Shown here: piece after piece, positions 7,820-17,738 of the stretch
How the letters are laid out: each line of letters opens with the position of its first letter
Position numbering within the stretch: position 1 is the first letter of the stretch
From: Telmatocola sphagniphila
GTDB taxonomy: Bacteria > Planctomycetota > Planctomycetia > Gemmatales > Gemmataceae
Assembly (NCBI RefSeq): GCF_018398935.1
Contig: NZ_CP074694.1
Location: 3,840,001-3,872,000, forward strand
Reading direction: 5' to 3'
DNA: 32,000 bases
Notes under the pieces: generated by a model
What the model saw: the letters and a program-made list of their open reading frames with translations, nothing else
Databases searched by the model: none
Told to the model about the DNA's origin: nothing
Translations under genes and position numbers: made by a program

Positions 7820-8266
7820 ATGGCGTACAAGTTTTGTCAGGAAAGTGATCCAATGATTCGAGTAAATACGGACCTGATCGAGTTTACGGACGACTACGTT
7901 TATTTGCTGGATGGCAAGCCATTCACAGGTGTTGGGTACGAAACCGATGATGATGGTGTAATTAGATTAGAGATCGAGTTTCAAAGCGGCATGCAGCATG
8001 GAATAACAAGAGAATTTTACCCGACTGGGCAGCTCAAGCGAGAGGCCCAATACCAGCAAAACACTCTCGATGGAATAGTGATTGAATGGGATGAAACTGG
8101 CGTCTTGGAACGTGAAGAAGCATACGAAAGAGGAGTGTGCTTGAGAAGGAAAGCAAGAGATTTAACTGGTCAACTAAGCGTGTGCTACGAGTTAAACGAG
8201 AACGATCCGCTATTTAGCACCCTTCAACTGCTCCGTAGAGTCACGTTTAATTCGCCTCCCAAATGA
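7820..8266 (+). CDS. MORN-variant/YwqK-family repeat protein (antitoxin/immunity-like)
   Basis: Repeats of the G..hG....yY.nGql..e..y..g..dG type: GMQHGITREFYPTGQLKREAQYQQNTLDGIVIEWDETGVLEREEAYERG. The local sequence is visibly lower in GC. The start may be the ATG at 7853. Confidence 0.6.
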   Translation: MAYKFCQESDPMIRVNTDLIEFTDDYVYLLDGKPFTGVGYETDDDGVIRLEIEFQSGMQHGITREFYPTGQLKREAQYQQNTLDGIVIEWDETGVLEREEAYERGVCLRRKARDLTGQLSVCYELNENDPLFSTLQLLRRVTFNSPPK

Positions 8267-8368
8267 ATGGAATTTTAAATCCTGTCGTTCAGTGAAGAAT
8301 CCCCCTCGATCAATGAGCGATGCAAGCCTATTTTTTTTCATGCCTTTGATTCAAGCGACGGAGACGAC

Positions 8369-8866
8369 ATGATTGCTGCTCTCGATGTACACTACGATGA
8401 GGTTACAGCATCCGCTTTTGCGGCCGCAGTCGTATTCCAAACCTGGAAAGATGAGAAGCCTCTTCGAGAATACACTGTTCGCTGCAGTGACATTGCTGAA
8501 TACATCCCGGGGCAGTTTTTTCAAAGGGAATTGCCGTGTCTAAATGCTATTCTATCCCTTGTCGAAGAGCCAATAGATATTGTCGTAATCGACGGTTATG
8601 TTTCGCTCGGCGATAAGCCTGGATTAGGAATGTATCTCTGGGAATCCTTGCAGAAGAATAAGGTGGTCGTTGGAGTAGCAAAAACTCGGTATCATTCTGC
8701 ATCTGCGATTGAACTATCTCGAGGGGGGAGCAAATCGCCACTGTTCGTGACTGCGGTTGGAATGGAAGCAACGGATGCAGCGGCCAAGATCGCCTCCATG
8801 GCTGGGCAGCACCGCTTTCCGATTCTATTAAAAAGAGTCGATCGATTAGCTAGAGAGGTAAGCTAG
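8369..8866 (+). CDS. endonuclease V-like protein (short, 165 aa)
   Basis: The EndoV pattern is preserved in order: ALDVHY, YIPGQFFQRELP, VVIDGYVSLGDKPGLGMYLW, VVGVAKTRY, PLFVTAVGM, HRFPILLKRVDRLA. The transposon terminus starts 1 nt after the stop codon. Confidence 0.6.
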   Translation: MIAALDVHYDEVTASAFAAAVVFQTWKDEKPLREYTVRCSDIAEYIPGQFFQRELPCLNAILSLVEEPIDIVVIDGYVSLGDKPGLGMYLWESLQKNKVVVGVAKTRYHSASAIELSRGGSKSPLFVTAVGMEATDAAAKIASMAGQHRFPILLKRVDRLAREVS

Positions 8867-9081
8867 ATGTCCCGAACCGAATTCTGGTCGCATTTGTAGC
8901 CGAATTAAAGCTGTAGGGATTTTGGCATTTTGAAGGGTGTTTTGCCGAATTCCAGGGAATTTTGGAGCGGTCTGATGACCGAGACCGGGGTGTTGCGATG
9001 GGCCGGCGTAGTCCGGCACGAGGCGCTGCCGTTCGCCGCGAGCAGCAGAGGTTCGTAGAGGAACGGGCTTCCTGCGACTGA

Positions 9082-9387
9082 TTACTTTTTGGCTTGTCGG
9101 GTTCGATATTCGTTGAGCCAGCGTTCGAGTAAATCGACGGCGGTGAGGAAGTCGTAATCGAGGGTGAGCAAGAGGTCGATGTTGTTGAAGTTTTTTTGGC
9201 AGTCGAAGCAGTGGGCGAGGTTGTTGCGTGGGTTGACGGTAGCCCGCATTTCGCCGCAGTTGGGGCAGAGGAAGCGGAAGTAGCCTTCGCTCATTTTCGA
9301 AGGTGGCCCATCGGTTCCCAGCGTGGCGATGGTGACGGGCATGGGCAAATCGTTGCGAATGCGGCGTAGTAGATCGGGTTGGATCAT
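9082..9387 (-). CDS. CHC2 zinc-finger protein (copy 2)
   Basis: Translation identical to 6377-6682. Confidence 0.7.
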   Translation of the reverse strand: MIQPDLLRRIRNDLPMPVTIATLGTDGPPSKMSEGYFRFLCPNCGEMRATVNPRNNLAHCFDCQKNFNNIDLLLTLDYDFLTAVDLLERWLNEYRTRQAKK

Positions 9388-9413
9388 CGTTTCTCCGACG
9401 GGGGCGCTGAGAA

Positions 9414-10214
9414 TCAGTAATCGGCGAGGTCGGATTCTTTTTGCCAGTGGGGTTGCAGGAGGACGCGGTTGACGTTGTCGATGTCCACGGTTTTATTGGC
9501 GGATCGAACGGCTTCGATGAGGCAGCCGACGCAGAGATTGCGGGCTTTACGCAGGATGCCGTCGGCGGCGCGGACGATGAGATCGACGGCGGGTTGCGTA
9601 AAAGTATTGTGGCCGAGTCCGATGCGATCGAGTTCCCGGAGAAGGAAGTCGCGCAGTAAATCGGGTCCGAGCCGTTTGGCGATGACGGAGTAAGTGACTC
9701 GGCTTTTGATGTCCTGGTTGACGCCGAGGTCGAGGTTGGCGAGCAGGCTGGGTTGGCCGATGAGGATGAGGTTGTGGTTTTTGGGGAAGTCTTCGAAGAG
9801 CAGCCGCAACTTTCGCAGACAGGCCATATCCATGAGGTGAGCGTCGTCGAGAATGGTGGTGACCGACTTGCCCGCATGGTTGAGGCTGAAGGCTTGTTCG
9901 ATGAGTCGGCGTTCGCACTTGAAGGCAGAGCTTTCGAAGTCGATGCGGAAGGCATCGCAGAGTATTTTGACGGAGTTGGTATAGGTGTGCAAGGTGCGGC
10001 CCACGGTGGCGACCAGGTGCTGGTTTTCGGGAAGCCGCTGAAGGGATTGCTTGATGAAGCTCTTGCCGGTGCCGGGAACGCCGAGAACCAGGCAGAGTCC
10101 ACCCTGCTGGCAATGGACCTTGAGGGTGTCGTGAATTTCTTGCTGCTGCGGCAGGAGTTTGAATTCGCGTGCGTCGAAGGGATTGTGCGAGAGTCCGAAG
10201 AAGGAGCGGATCAT
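9414..10214 (-). CDS. TniB/ExeA-like AAA+ ATPase (copy 2)
   Basis: Translation identical to 5550-6350. Confidence 0.85.
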   Translation of the reverse strand: MIRSFFGLSHNPFDAREFKLLPQQQEIHDTLKVHCQQGGLCLVLGVPGTGKSFIKQSLQRLPENQHLVATVGRTLHTYTNSVKILCDAFRIDFESSAFKCERRLIEQAFSLNHAGKSVTTILDDAHLMDMACLRKLRLLFEDFPKNHNLILIGQPSLLANLDLGVNQDIKSRVTYSVIAKRLGPDLLRDFLLRELDRIGLGHNTFTQPAVDLIVRAADGILRKARNLCVGCLIEAVRSANKTVDIDNVNRVLLQPHWQKESDLADY

Positions 10215-11452
10215 GGCTGTTCCTTTCGGCGTTGGAGCCCGTTGGCAACGGCATCCAGGAGTCGAGCGGTGCCCATGCGTTGGCCTTTGTAATAAATGAC
10301 GACGGTGGTAGAGGAGATGTCGATGTCATCGCGTTGTCGGTCGTAGCGGAGTTGGATTTGTTTGTCGTGCAGATCGACGGGAGTTTCGTAACGTCGGTTG
10401 CAGAAGCTAAAGGTATTGTCTTTTTTGACTTTCCGGGTGGCCTCGGCGAAGAAGAGTTCGTCGTTGTGTTCGGAAGGCGACAAGAATCGAATGCGAGCCA
10501 AGTCGATGCCGAAGCGGTCGATCGGTTTCATGCCGATGGCGTCGTGCTCGCTGGCGTTGTAGTCGCTTTCGACCCAGAGAGTGAACTGGCGATTGAGGGC
10601 TTGAAGGGAAGAAAGGTCGAGTTTTTGCAAGAGGAACTGGTCGCGAACGCGGCGGAAAAAGCGTTCGATCTTCCCCTTGGCGGCGGCATCCCGGACAGCG
10701 GTATGTCGCAAGAGGCAGCCGACGCGGGCACAGATGAGTGTAAACTCCTGGGAGCAATAGATGGAACCGTTGTCGACCAGCAGTTGTTCGGGGACGCCGC
10801 GTTTGTAGAAGGCGGCCCGGATGGCCTGCACGAGGGTATCGACGTTTTCTTCGAAGAAGAATTCGCCGTGGCAGAGGACGCGGCTGGCGTCGTCGATGAA
10901 GGCGATGAGCTTGGCTTGCTTGCGTGAGCCGGCGGACGTACCGGTGTCCACGTATGGTCCGAACATGGTGTCCGCCTGCCAGAGTTGGTTGGCGAATTTC
11001 ATGCTGAAGGCCAGTCGTTTCTTGTTGTCGTTGTCTACGGGAGCGAGCAGATCGTATTCTCGGATGAAGCGGTAAAAAGTGGTTTGAGCAATGCGGTCGG
11101 CTTGCAGGAACCCCCGTTCGATACAGAAGCGATAGATCGCTCGCTTGTTGGAGCGTTTGTTGTGGAAGTGGGGCTGGGCGGCGTTAATGGCTTCGAGCAG
11201 TTCCTCGGGCGTGGCCTTGCGGACTTGTCCCTTGTCCTTGCGTGGCTGAGGAGTCATACCGGTGATGCCGTGGTTTTTGTAACGGTAGAACCAGGTCTGA
11301 ATGGTCCGCCAGGTGAACTGACGCGAGTTGCCCTGTTCGTCGAGGAAGGTCATGGCGGCGACATTGTGAACGCGTTCATGCCGGGTTCGCCCTTCGACGG
11401 TGTCGACAGCACCGAGGACCCGCATCTTCAAATAGACCGAAGGTTGCTTCAT
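10211..11452 (-). CDS. DDE (rve) transposase (copy 2)
   Basis: Translation identical to 4312-5553. Confidence 0.9.
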   Translation of the reverse strand: MKQPSVYLKMRVLGAVDTVEGRTRHERVHNVAAMTFLDEQGNSRQFTWRTIQTWFYRYKNHGITGMTPQPRKDKGQVRKATPEELLEAINAAQPHFHNKRSNKRAIYRFCIERGFLQADRIAQTTFYRFIREYDLLAPVDNDNKKRLAFSMKFANQLWQADTMFGPYVDTGTSAGSRKQAKLIAFIDDASRVLCHGEFFFEENVDTLVQAIRAAFYKRGVPEQLLVDNGSIYCSQEFTLICARVGCLLRHTAVRDAAAKGKIERFFRRVRDQFLLQKLDLSSLQALNRQFTLWVESDYNASEHDAIGMKPIDRFGIDLARIRFLSPSEHNDELFFAEATRKVKKDNTFSFCNRRYETPVDLHDKQIQLRYDRQRDDIDISSTTVVIYYKGQRMGTARLLDAVANGLQRRKEQP

Positions 11453-11685
11453 GGAGAGTTCTCCGGATTGGGGAAAGTGCTGGCAGGGCGGTGCCAGACT
11501 CGGGAGATTGAATCAAAAACCAAAGAGAGTCACTACGACATCATGCGTTGTCGGCTATTTTTGAATTTGGGGAGCGCGCCGGCGGCGACGTAGCGCGATC
11601 CGAATTGGGTAACCGGGGTTGGTAATCGACGTGTATGCGACGCAAATATGTCAACGGTTATCGGCTTTTATGCATCGGGTCAGAT

Positions 11686-12246
11686 TTACAGGAAGAAAAT
11701 CTGGATTGCCTGTTGGAAGGCGGCGATCGGACAATCGGCGTCGGGAAAGGCGGTTTGAAGATGGGCGAGTACTTGGGCCCGAGCCGGCCAACGCGAGCGT
11801 TCAACTACGAGTTCTGGAGGTGGACGCTGATTCAACAGGGCCGTCCGAATCGGGCATTGGCTCAGATCGAAGCGTTTCCAAATCCGCTGCAAGGTTCGGT
11901 CGCTCAGATGACAGTCGATGGCACGGATTGATGCGGCGATACTGCCAAATACGGCGAGTTGGAGGAAGCGCCACAAAGTGCTGCTGGTAAGGCTCAAGCG
12001 TCGGATTTTGTCGGCGAGCCAGATGCTGAAAGTCCGCCCGCAACCCCGACGGGAATTGCGATTGCTGCAGAAGATCCGCCGGGCACGCCGGGCTCTTCGC
12101 TGGGGGTTGCGTTCGTCATAGCCGAACAAAGAGCCGTGCTGAATCAGCGTGCCGACCACTTTGCAGTGCGGACAGTGGGTCTGTTTGAGCCGTTCAGCGA
12201 TCGAACTCCATTCCTCCTCGCTGCGGTAAAACCGCACCTCGCCCAA
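11686..12246 (-). CDS. transposon zinc-ribbon protein (copy 2)
   Basis: Same as 3518-4078 except for one substitution (HGFLFGY to HGSLFGY). Confidence 0.65.
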   Translation of the reverse strand: MGEVRFYRSEEEWSSIAERLKQTHCPHCKVVGTLIQHGSLFGYDERNPQRRARRARRIFCSNRNSRRGCGRTFSIWLADKIRRLSLTSSTLWRFLQLAVFGSIAASIRAIDCHLSDRTLQRIWKRFDLSQCPIRTALLNQRPPPELVVERSRWPARAQVLAHLQTAFPDADCPIAAFQQAIQIFFL

Positions 12247-12465
12247 GGAGTGAGCCTCAGCAAAATGGAAAAGGAAAATTGTACAGACACGAGGCGGGGT
12301 AGAGCGAGGTACGATTTATCACCGATCAAAGACGGCGGGGAAAAACCGACTTAACATTAACAAGTCAATTCCCTTACCAAATTCGCAGCGTAATCGACGA
12401 CTGGCAATTCAATAACTATTCGGCGATTCGAATTCCAAAGTGCGATCAAACCGCGGTAAAGGACA

Positions 12466-13133
12466 AATCAGTTATGGCAAACTGATCTTTTCACATTTGT
12501 GTTAAAACGTCAGAATCGGCGCGTTCATTTGGTCGGGTTCATGGACGATCACAGTCGGTTTTTGGTCGGCTACGGCTTGCATGCGAGCCAGTCATCGGCT
12601 TTGGTGCTGGAGGTCTTGCGAGCTTCCATGGCTTCTTATGGAACGCCGGAGGAGATTCTCACCGACAACGGTACGCAGTATGTGACCTGGCGGGGTAAAA
12701 GTGCCTTCTCGAAGGAACTCGAAAAACGGGGCATTCGACAGGTAGTAGCGTCTCCGCGTCATCCGCAGACTTTGGGTAAGATCGAGCGGTTCTGGGGAAC
12801 CTTGTGGCGTGAGTGCATCGAGAGTGCAATCTTCATCGACATGGGGGATGCTCAGCGTCGGATTGGGTTATTCATAGACCATTACAACTTCCAGAGGCCC
12901 CATCAGGGGATCGATGGTCTGGTGCCCGCGGACCGTTACTTCGGGGCGGCCTCGGAAGTGCGTCGGAGTCTTCAAACTCGGGTAGCCGCGAATGCCTTGG
13001 AGCTGGCTCGAAACGGGATTCCGAAGCAGCCGTTTTATCTGACCGGCCAGGTGGGAGGTCAGCCCTTCAGCGTCCATGCGGAAGGGGAACGGATGATCTT
13101 GACCCGGCCCGAAGGAGAACGGCGGGAGATAGA
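12466..13133 (+). pseudogene. IS481-like transposase, catalytic C-terminal part (split gene, part 2)
   Basis: The frame starts NQLWQTDLFTFVLKRQNRRVHLVGFMDDHSRF... directly at the copy 2 left terminus. rve motifs are present (ILTDNGTQY, LGKIERFW, YNFQRPHQGI). The 3' end is cut by the TGT terminus at 13134. Confidence 0.8.
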
Positions 13134-13564
13134 TGTCCTTTACCGCGGTTTGATCGCACTTTGGAATTAGAATAGCCGAATAGTTATTGAATTGCCAGTC
13201 GTCGCTTACGCTGCGAATTTGGTAAGGGAATTGACCTGTTAAGTCGGTTTTTCCCCGCCGTCTTTGATCGGTGATAAATCGTACCTCGCTCTACCCCGCC
13301 TCGTGTCTGTACAATTTTCCTTTTCCATTTTGCTGAGGCTCACTCCTTGGGTGTCCTTTACCGCGGTTTGATCGCACTTTGGAATTAGAATAGCCGAATA
13401 GTTATTGAATTGCCAGTCGTCGCTTACGCTGCGAATTTGGTAAGGGAATTGACTTGTTAAGTCGGTTTTTCCCCGCCGTCTTTGATCGGTGATAAATCGT
13501 ACCTCGCTCTACCCCGCCTCGTGTCTGTACAATTTTCCTTTTCCATTTTGCTGAGGCTCACTCC

Positions 13565-14125
13565 TTGGGCGAGGTGCGGTTTTACCGCAGCGAGGAGGAA
13601 TGGAGTTCGATCGCTGAACGGCTCAAACAGACCCACTGTCCGCACTGCAAAGTGGTCGGCACGCTGATTCAGCACGGCTTTTTGTTCGGCTATGACGAAC
13701 GCAACCCCCAGCGAAGAGCCCGGCGTGCCCGGCGGATCTTCTGCAGCAATCGCAATTCCCGTCGCGGTTGCGGGCGGACTTTCAGCATCTGGCTCGCCGA
13801 CAAAATCCGACGCTTGAGCCTTACCAGCAGCACTTTGTGGCGCTTCCTCCAACTCGCCGTATTTGGCAGTATCGCCGCATCAATCCGTGCCATCGACTGT
13901 CATCTGAGCGACCGAACCTTGCAGCGGATTTGGAAACGCTTCGATCTGAGCCAATGCCCGATTCGGACGGCCCTGTTGAATCAGCGTCCACCTCCAGAAC
14001 TCGTAGTTGAACGCTCGCGTTGGCCGGCTCGGGCCCAAGTACTCGCCCATCTTCAAACCGCCTTTCCCGACGCCGATTGTCCGATCGCCGCCTTCCAACA
14101 GGCAATCCAGATTTTCTTCCTGTAA
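13565..14125 (+). CDS. transposon zinc-ribbon protein (copy 3)
   Basis: Translation identical to 3518-4078. Confidence 0.65.
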   Translation: MGEVRFYRSEEEWSSIAERLKQTHCPHCKVVGTLIQHGFLFGYDERNPQRRARRARRIFCSNRNSRRGCGRTFSIWLADKIRRLSLTSSTLWRFLQLAVFGSIAASIRAIDCHLSDRTLQRIWKRFDLSQCPIRTALLNQRPPPELVVERSRWPARAQVLAHLQTAFPDADCPIAAFQQAIQIFFL

Positions 14126-14358
14126 ATCTGACCCGATGCATAAAAGCCGATAACCGTTGACATATTTGCGTCGCATACACGTCGATTACCAACCCCGGTT
14201 ACCCAATTCGGATCGCGCTACGTCGCCGCCGGCGCGCTCCCCAAATTCAAAAATAGCCGACAACGCATGATGTCGTAGTGACTCTCTTTGGTTTTTGATT
14301 CAATCTCCCGAGTCTGGCACCGCCCTGCCAGCACTTTCCCCAATCCGGAGAACTCTCC

Positions 14359-15600
14359 ATGAAGCAACCTTCGGTCTATTTGAAGATGCGGGTCCTCGGT
14401 GCTGTCGACACCGTCGAAGGGCGAACCCGGCATGAACGCGTTCACAATGTCGCCGCCATGACCTTCCTCGACGAACAGGGCAACTCGCGTCAGTTCACCT
14501 GGCGGACCATTCAGACCTGGTTCTACCGTTACAAAAACCACGGCATCACCGGTATGACTCCTCAGCCACGCAAGGACAAGGGACAAGTCCGCAAGGCCAC
14601 GCCCGAGGAACTGCTCGAAGCCATTAACGCCGCCCAGCCCCACTTCCACAACAAACGCTCCAACAAGCGAGCGATCTATCGCTTCTGTATCGAACGGGGG
14701 TTCCTGCAAGCCGACCGCATTGCTCAAACCACTTTTTACCGCTTCATCCGAGAATACGATCTGCTCGCTCCCGTAGACAACGACAACAAGAAACGACTGG
14801 CCTTCAGCATGAAATTCGCCAACCAACTCTGGCAGGCGGACACCATGTTCGGACCATACGTGGACACCGGTACGTCCGCCGGCTCACGCAAGCAAGCCAA
14901 GCTCATCGCCTTCATCGACGACGCCAGCCGCGTCCTCTGCCACGGCGAATTCTTCTTCGAAGAAAACGTCGATACCCTCGTGCAGGCCATCCGGGCCGCC
15001 TTCTACAAACGCGGCGTCCCCGAACAACTGCTGGTCGACAACGGTTCCATCTATTGCTCCCAGGAGTTTACACTCATCTGTGCCCGCGTCGGCTGCCTCT
15101 TGCGACATACCGCTGTCCGGGATGCCGCCGCCAAGGGGAAGATCGAACGCTTTTTCCGCCGCGTTCGCGACCAGTTCCTCTTGCAAAAACTCGACCTTTC
15201 TTCCCTTCAAGCCCTCAATCGCCAGTTCACTCTCTGGGTCGAAAGCGACTACAACGCCAGCGAGCACGACGCCATCGGCATGAAACCGATCGACCGCTTC
15301 GGCATCGACTTGGCTCGCATTCGATTCTTGTCGCCTTCCGAACACAACGACGAACTCTTCTTCGCCGAGGCCACCCGGAAAGTCAAAAAAGACAATACCT
15401 TTAGCTTCTGCAACCGACGTTACGAAACTCCCGTCGATCTGCACGACAAACAAATCCAACTCCGCTACGACCGACAACGCGATGACATCGACATCTCCTC
15501 TACCACCGTCGTCATTTATTACAAAGGCCAACGCATGGGCACCGCTCGACTCCTGGATGCCGTTGCCAACGGGCTCCAACGCCGAAAGGAACAGCCATGA
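14359..15600 (+). CDS. DDE (rve) transposase (copy 3)
   Basis: Translation identical to 4312-5553. Confidence 0.9.
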   Translation: MKQPSVYLKMRVLGAVDTVEGRTRHERVHNVAAMTFLDEQGNSRQFTWRTIQTWFYRYKNHGITGMTPQPRKDKGQVRKATPEELLEAINAAQPHFHNKRSNKRAIYRFCIERGFLQADRIAQTTFYRFIREYDLLAPVDNDNKKRLAFSMKFANQLWQADTMFGPYVDTGTSAGSRKQAKLIAFIDDASRVLCHGEFFFEENVDTLVQAIRAAFYKRGVPEQLLVDNGSIYCSQEFTLICARVGCLLRHTAVRDAAAKGKIERFFRRVRDQFLLQKLDLSSLQALNRQFTLWVESDYNASEHDAIGMKPIDRFGIDLARIRFLSPSEHNDELFFAEATRKVKKDNTFSFCNRRYETPVDLHDKQIQLRYDRQRDDIDISSTTVVIYYKGQRMGTARLLDAVANGLQRRKEQP

Positions 15601-16397
15601 TCCGCTCCTTCTTCGGACTCTCGCACAATCCCTTCGACGCACGCGAATTCAAACTCCTGCCGCAGCAGCAAGAAATTCACGACACCCTCAAGGTCCATTG
15701 CCAGCAGGGTGGACTCTGCCTGGTTCTCGGCGTTCCCGGCACCGGCAAGAGCTTCATCAAGCAATCCCTTCAGCGGCTTCCCGAAAACCAGCACCTGGTC
15801 GCCACCGTGGGCCGCACCTTGCACACCTATACCAACTCCGTCAAAATACTCTGCGATGCCTTCCGCATCGACTTCGAAAGCTCTGCCTTCAAGTGCGAAC
15901 GCCGACTCATCGAACAAGCCTTCAGCCTCAACCATGCGGGCAAGTCGGTCACCACCATTCTCGACGACGCTCACCTCATGGATATGGCCTGTCTGCGAAA
16001 GTTGCGGCTGCTCTTCGAAGACTTCCCCAAAAACCACAACCTCATCCTCATCGGCCAACCCAGCCTGCTCGCCAACCTCGACCTCGGCGTCAACCAGGAC
16101 ATCAAAAGCCGAGTCACTTACTCCGTCATCGCCAAACGGCTCGGACCCGATTTACTGCGCGACTTCCTTCTCCGGGAACTCGATCGCATCGGACTCGGCC
16201 ACAATACTTTTACGCAACCCGCCGTCGATCTCATCGTCCGCGCCGCCGACGGCATCCTGCGTAAAGCCCGCAATCTCTGCGTCGGCTGCCTCATCGAAGC
16301 CGTTCGATCCGCCAATAAAACCGTGGACATCGACAACGTCAACCGCGTCCTCCTGCAACCCCACTGGCAAAAAGAATCCGACCTCGCCGATTACTGA
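15597..16397 (+). CDS. TniB/ExeA-like AAA+ ATPase (copy 3)
   Basis: Translation identical to 5550-6350. Confidence 0.85.
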   Translation: MIRSFFGLSHNPFDAREFKLLPQQQEIHDTLKVHCQQGGLCLVLGVPGTGKSFIKQSLQRLPENQHLVATVGRTLHTYTNSVKILCDAFRIDFESSAFKCERRLIEQAFSLNHAGKSVTTILDDAHLMDMACLRKLRLLFEDFPKNHNLILIGQPSLLANLDLGVNQDIKSRVTYSVIAKRLGPDLLRDFLLRELDRIGLGHNTFTQPAVDLIVRAADGILRKARNLCVGCLIEAVRSANKTVDIDNVNRVLLQPHWQKESDLADY

Positions 16398-16423
16398 TTC
16401 TCAGCGCCCCCGTCGGAGAAACG

Positions 16424-16729
16424 ATGATCCAACCCGATCTACTACGCCGCATTCGCAACGATTTGCCCATGCCCGTCACCATCGCCACGCTGGGAACCGA
16501 TGGGCCACCTTCGAAAATGAGCGAAGGCTACTTCCGCTTCCTCTGCCCCAACTGCGGCGAAATGCGGGCTACCGTCAACCCACGCAACAACCTCGCCCAC
16601 TGCTTCGACTGCCAAAAAAACTTCAACAACATCGACCTCTTGCTCACCCTCGATTACGACTTCCTCACCGCCGTCGATTTACTCGAACGCTGGCTCAACG
16701 AATATCGAACCCGACAAGCCAAAAAGTAA
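16424..16729 (+). CDS. CHC2 zinc-finger protein (copy 3)
   Basis: Translation identical to 6377-6682. Confidence 0.7.
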   Translation: MIQPDLLRRIRNDLPMPVTIATLGTDGPPSKMSEGYFRFLCPNCGEMRATVNPRNNLAHCFDCQKNFNNIDLLLTLDYDFLTAVDLLERWLNEYRTRQAKK

Positions 16730-16944
16730 TCAGTCGCAGGAAGCCCGTTACTCTACGAACCTCTGCTGCTCGCGGCGAACGGCAGCGCCTCGTGCCGGAC
16801 TACGCCGGCCCATCGCAACACCCCGGTCTCGGTCATCAGACCGCTCCAATATTCCCCGGTATTCGGCAAAACACCCTTCAAAATGCCAAAATCCCTACAG
16901 CTTTAATTCGGCTACAAATGCGACCAGAATTCGGTTCGGGACAC

Positions 16945-17505
16945 TTGGGCGAGGTGCGGTTTTACCGCAGCGAGGAGGAATGGAGTTCGATCGCTGAACG
17001 GCTCAAACAGACCCACTGTCCGCACTGCAAAGTGGTCGGCACGCTGATTCAGCACGGCTTTTTGTTCGGCTATGACGAACGCAACCCCCAGCGAAGAGCC
17101 CGGCGTGCCCGGCGGATCTTCTGCAGCAATCGCAATTCCCGTCGCGGTTGCGGGCGGACTTTCAGCATCTGGCTCGCCGACAAAATCCGACGCTTGAGCC
17201 TTACCAGCAGCACTTTGTGGCGCTTCCTCCAACTCGCCGTATTTGGCAGTATCGCCGCATCAATCCGTGCCATCGACTGTCATCTGAGCGACCGAACCTT
17301 GCAGCGGATTTGGAAACGCTTCGATCTGAGCCAATGCCCGATTCGGACGGCCCTGTTGAATCAGCGTCCACCTCCAGAACTCGTAGTTGAACGCTCGCGT
17401 TGGCCGGCTCGGGCCCAAGTACTCGCCCATCTTCAAACCGCCTTTCCCGACGCCGATTGTCCGATCGCCGCCTTCCAACAGGCAATCCAGATTTTCTTCC
17501 TATAA
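16945..17505 (+). CDS. transposon zinc-ribbon protein (host copy 4)
   Basis: Same 186-aa sequence. Its TTG start lies inside the duplicated CTTGGG immediately after the copy 3 right terminus. Confidence 0.55.
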   Translation: MGEVRFYRSEEEWSSIAERLKQTHCPHCKVVGTLIQHGFLFGYDERNPQRRARRARRIFCSNRNSRRGCGRTFSIWLADKIRRLSLTSSTLWRFLQLAVFGSIAASIRAIDCHLSDRTLQRIWKRFDLSQCPIRTALLNQRPPPELVVERSRWPARAQVLAHLQTAFPDADCPIAAFQQAIQIFFL

Positions 17506-17738
17506 ATCTGACCCGATGCATAAAAGCCGATAACCGTTGACATATTTGCGTCGCATACACGTCGATTACCAACCCCGGTTACCCAATTCGGATCGCGCTA
17601 CGTCGCCGCCGGCGCGTTCCCCAAATTCAAAAATAGCCGACAACGCATGATGTCGTAGTGACTCTCTTTGGTTTTTGATTCAATCTCCCGAGTCTGGCAC
17701 CGCCATGCCAGCACTTTCCCCAATCCGGAGAACTCTCC

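Larger units (their letters stand above)
8868..12465 (-). mobile_element. four-gene TGT...ACA transposon, full copy 2 (inverted, 3,598 bp)
   Basis: The reverse complement matches copy 1 end to end. It has variant end sequences, a 6-bp insertion in the left-end leader (near 12350) and one amino-acid change in the 186-aa protein. Confidence 0.9.
13352..16943 (+). mobile_element. four-gene TGT...ACA transposon, full copy 3 (nested)
   Basis: Same length as copy 1 (constant offset of 10,047) with identical translations. It is flanked by a CTTGGG direct repeat at 13346-13351 and 16944-16949. Confidence 0.9.

Noticed and set aside
15709-17505. 598-aa ORF that appears to fuse an alternative frame of copy 3 to the 186-aa Zn-ribbon protein of the host copy.
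   Set aside because: It is a read-through artefact across the copy 3 right terminus. The upstream 400+ aa are the spurious P/S/T-rich alternative frame.
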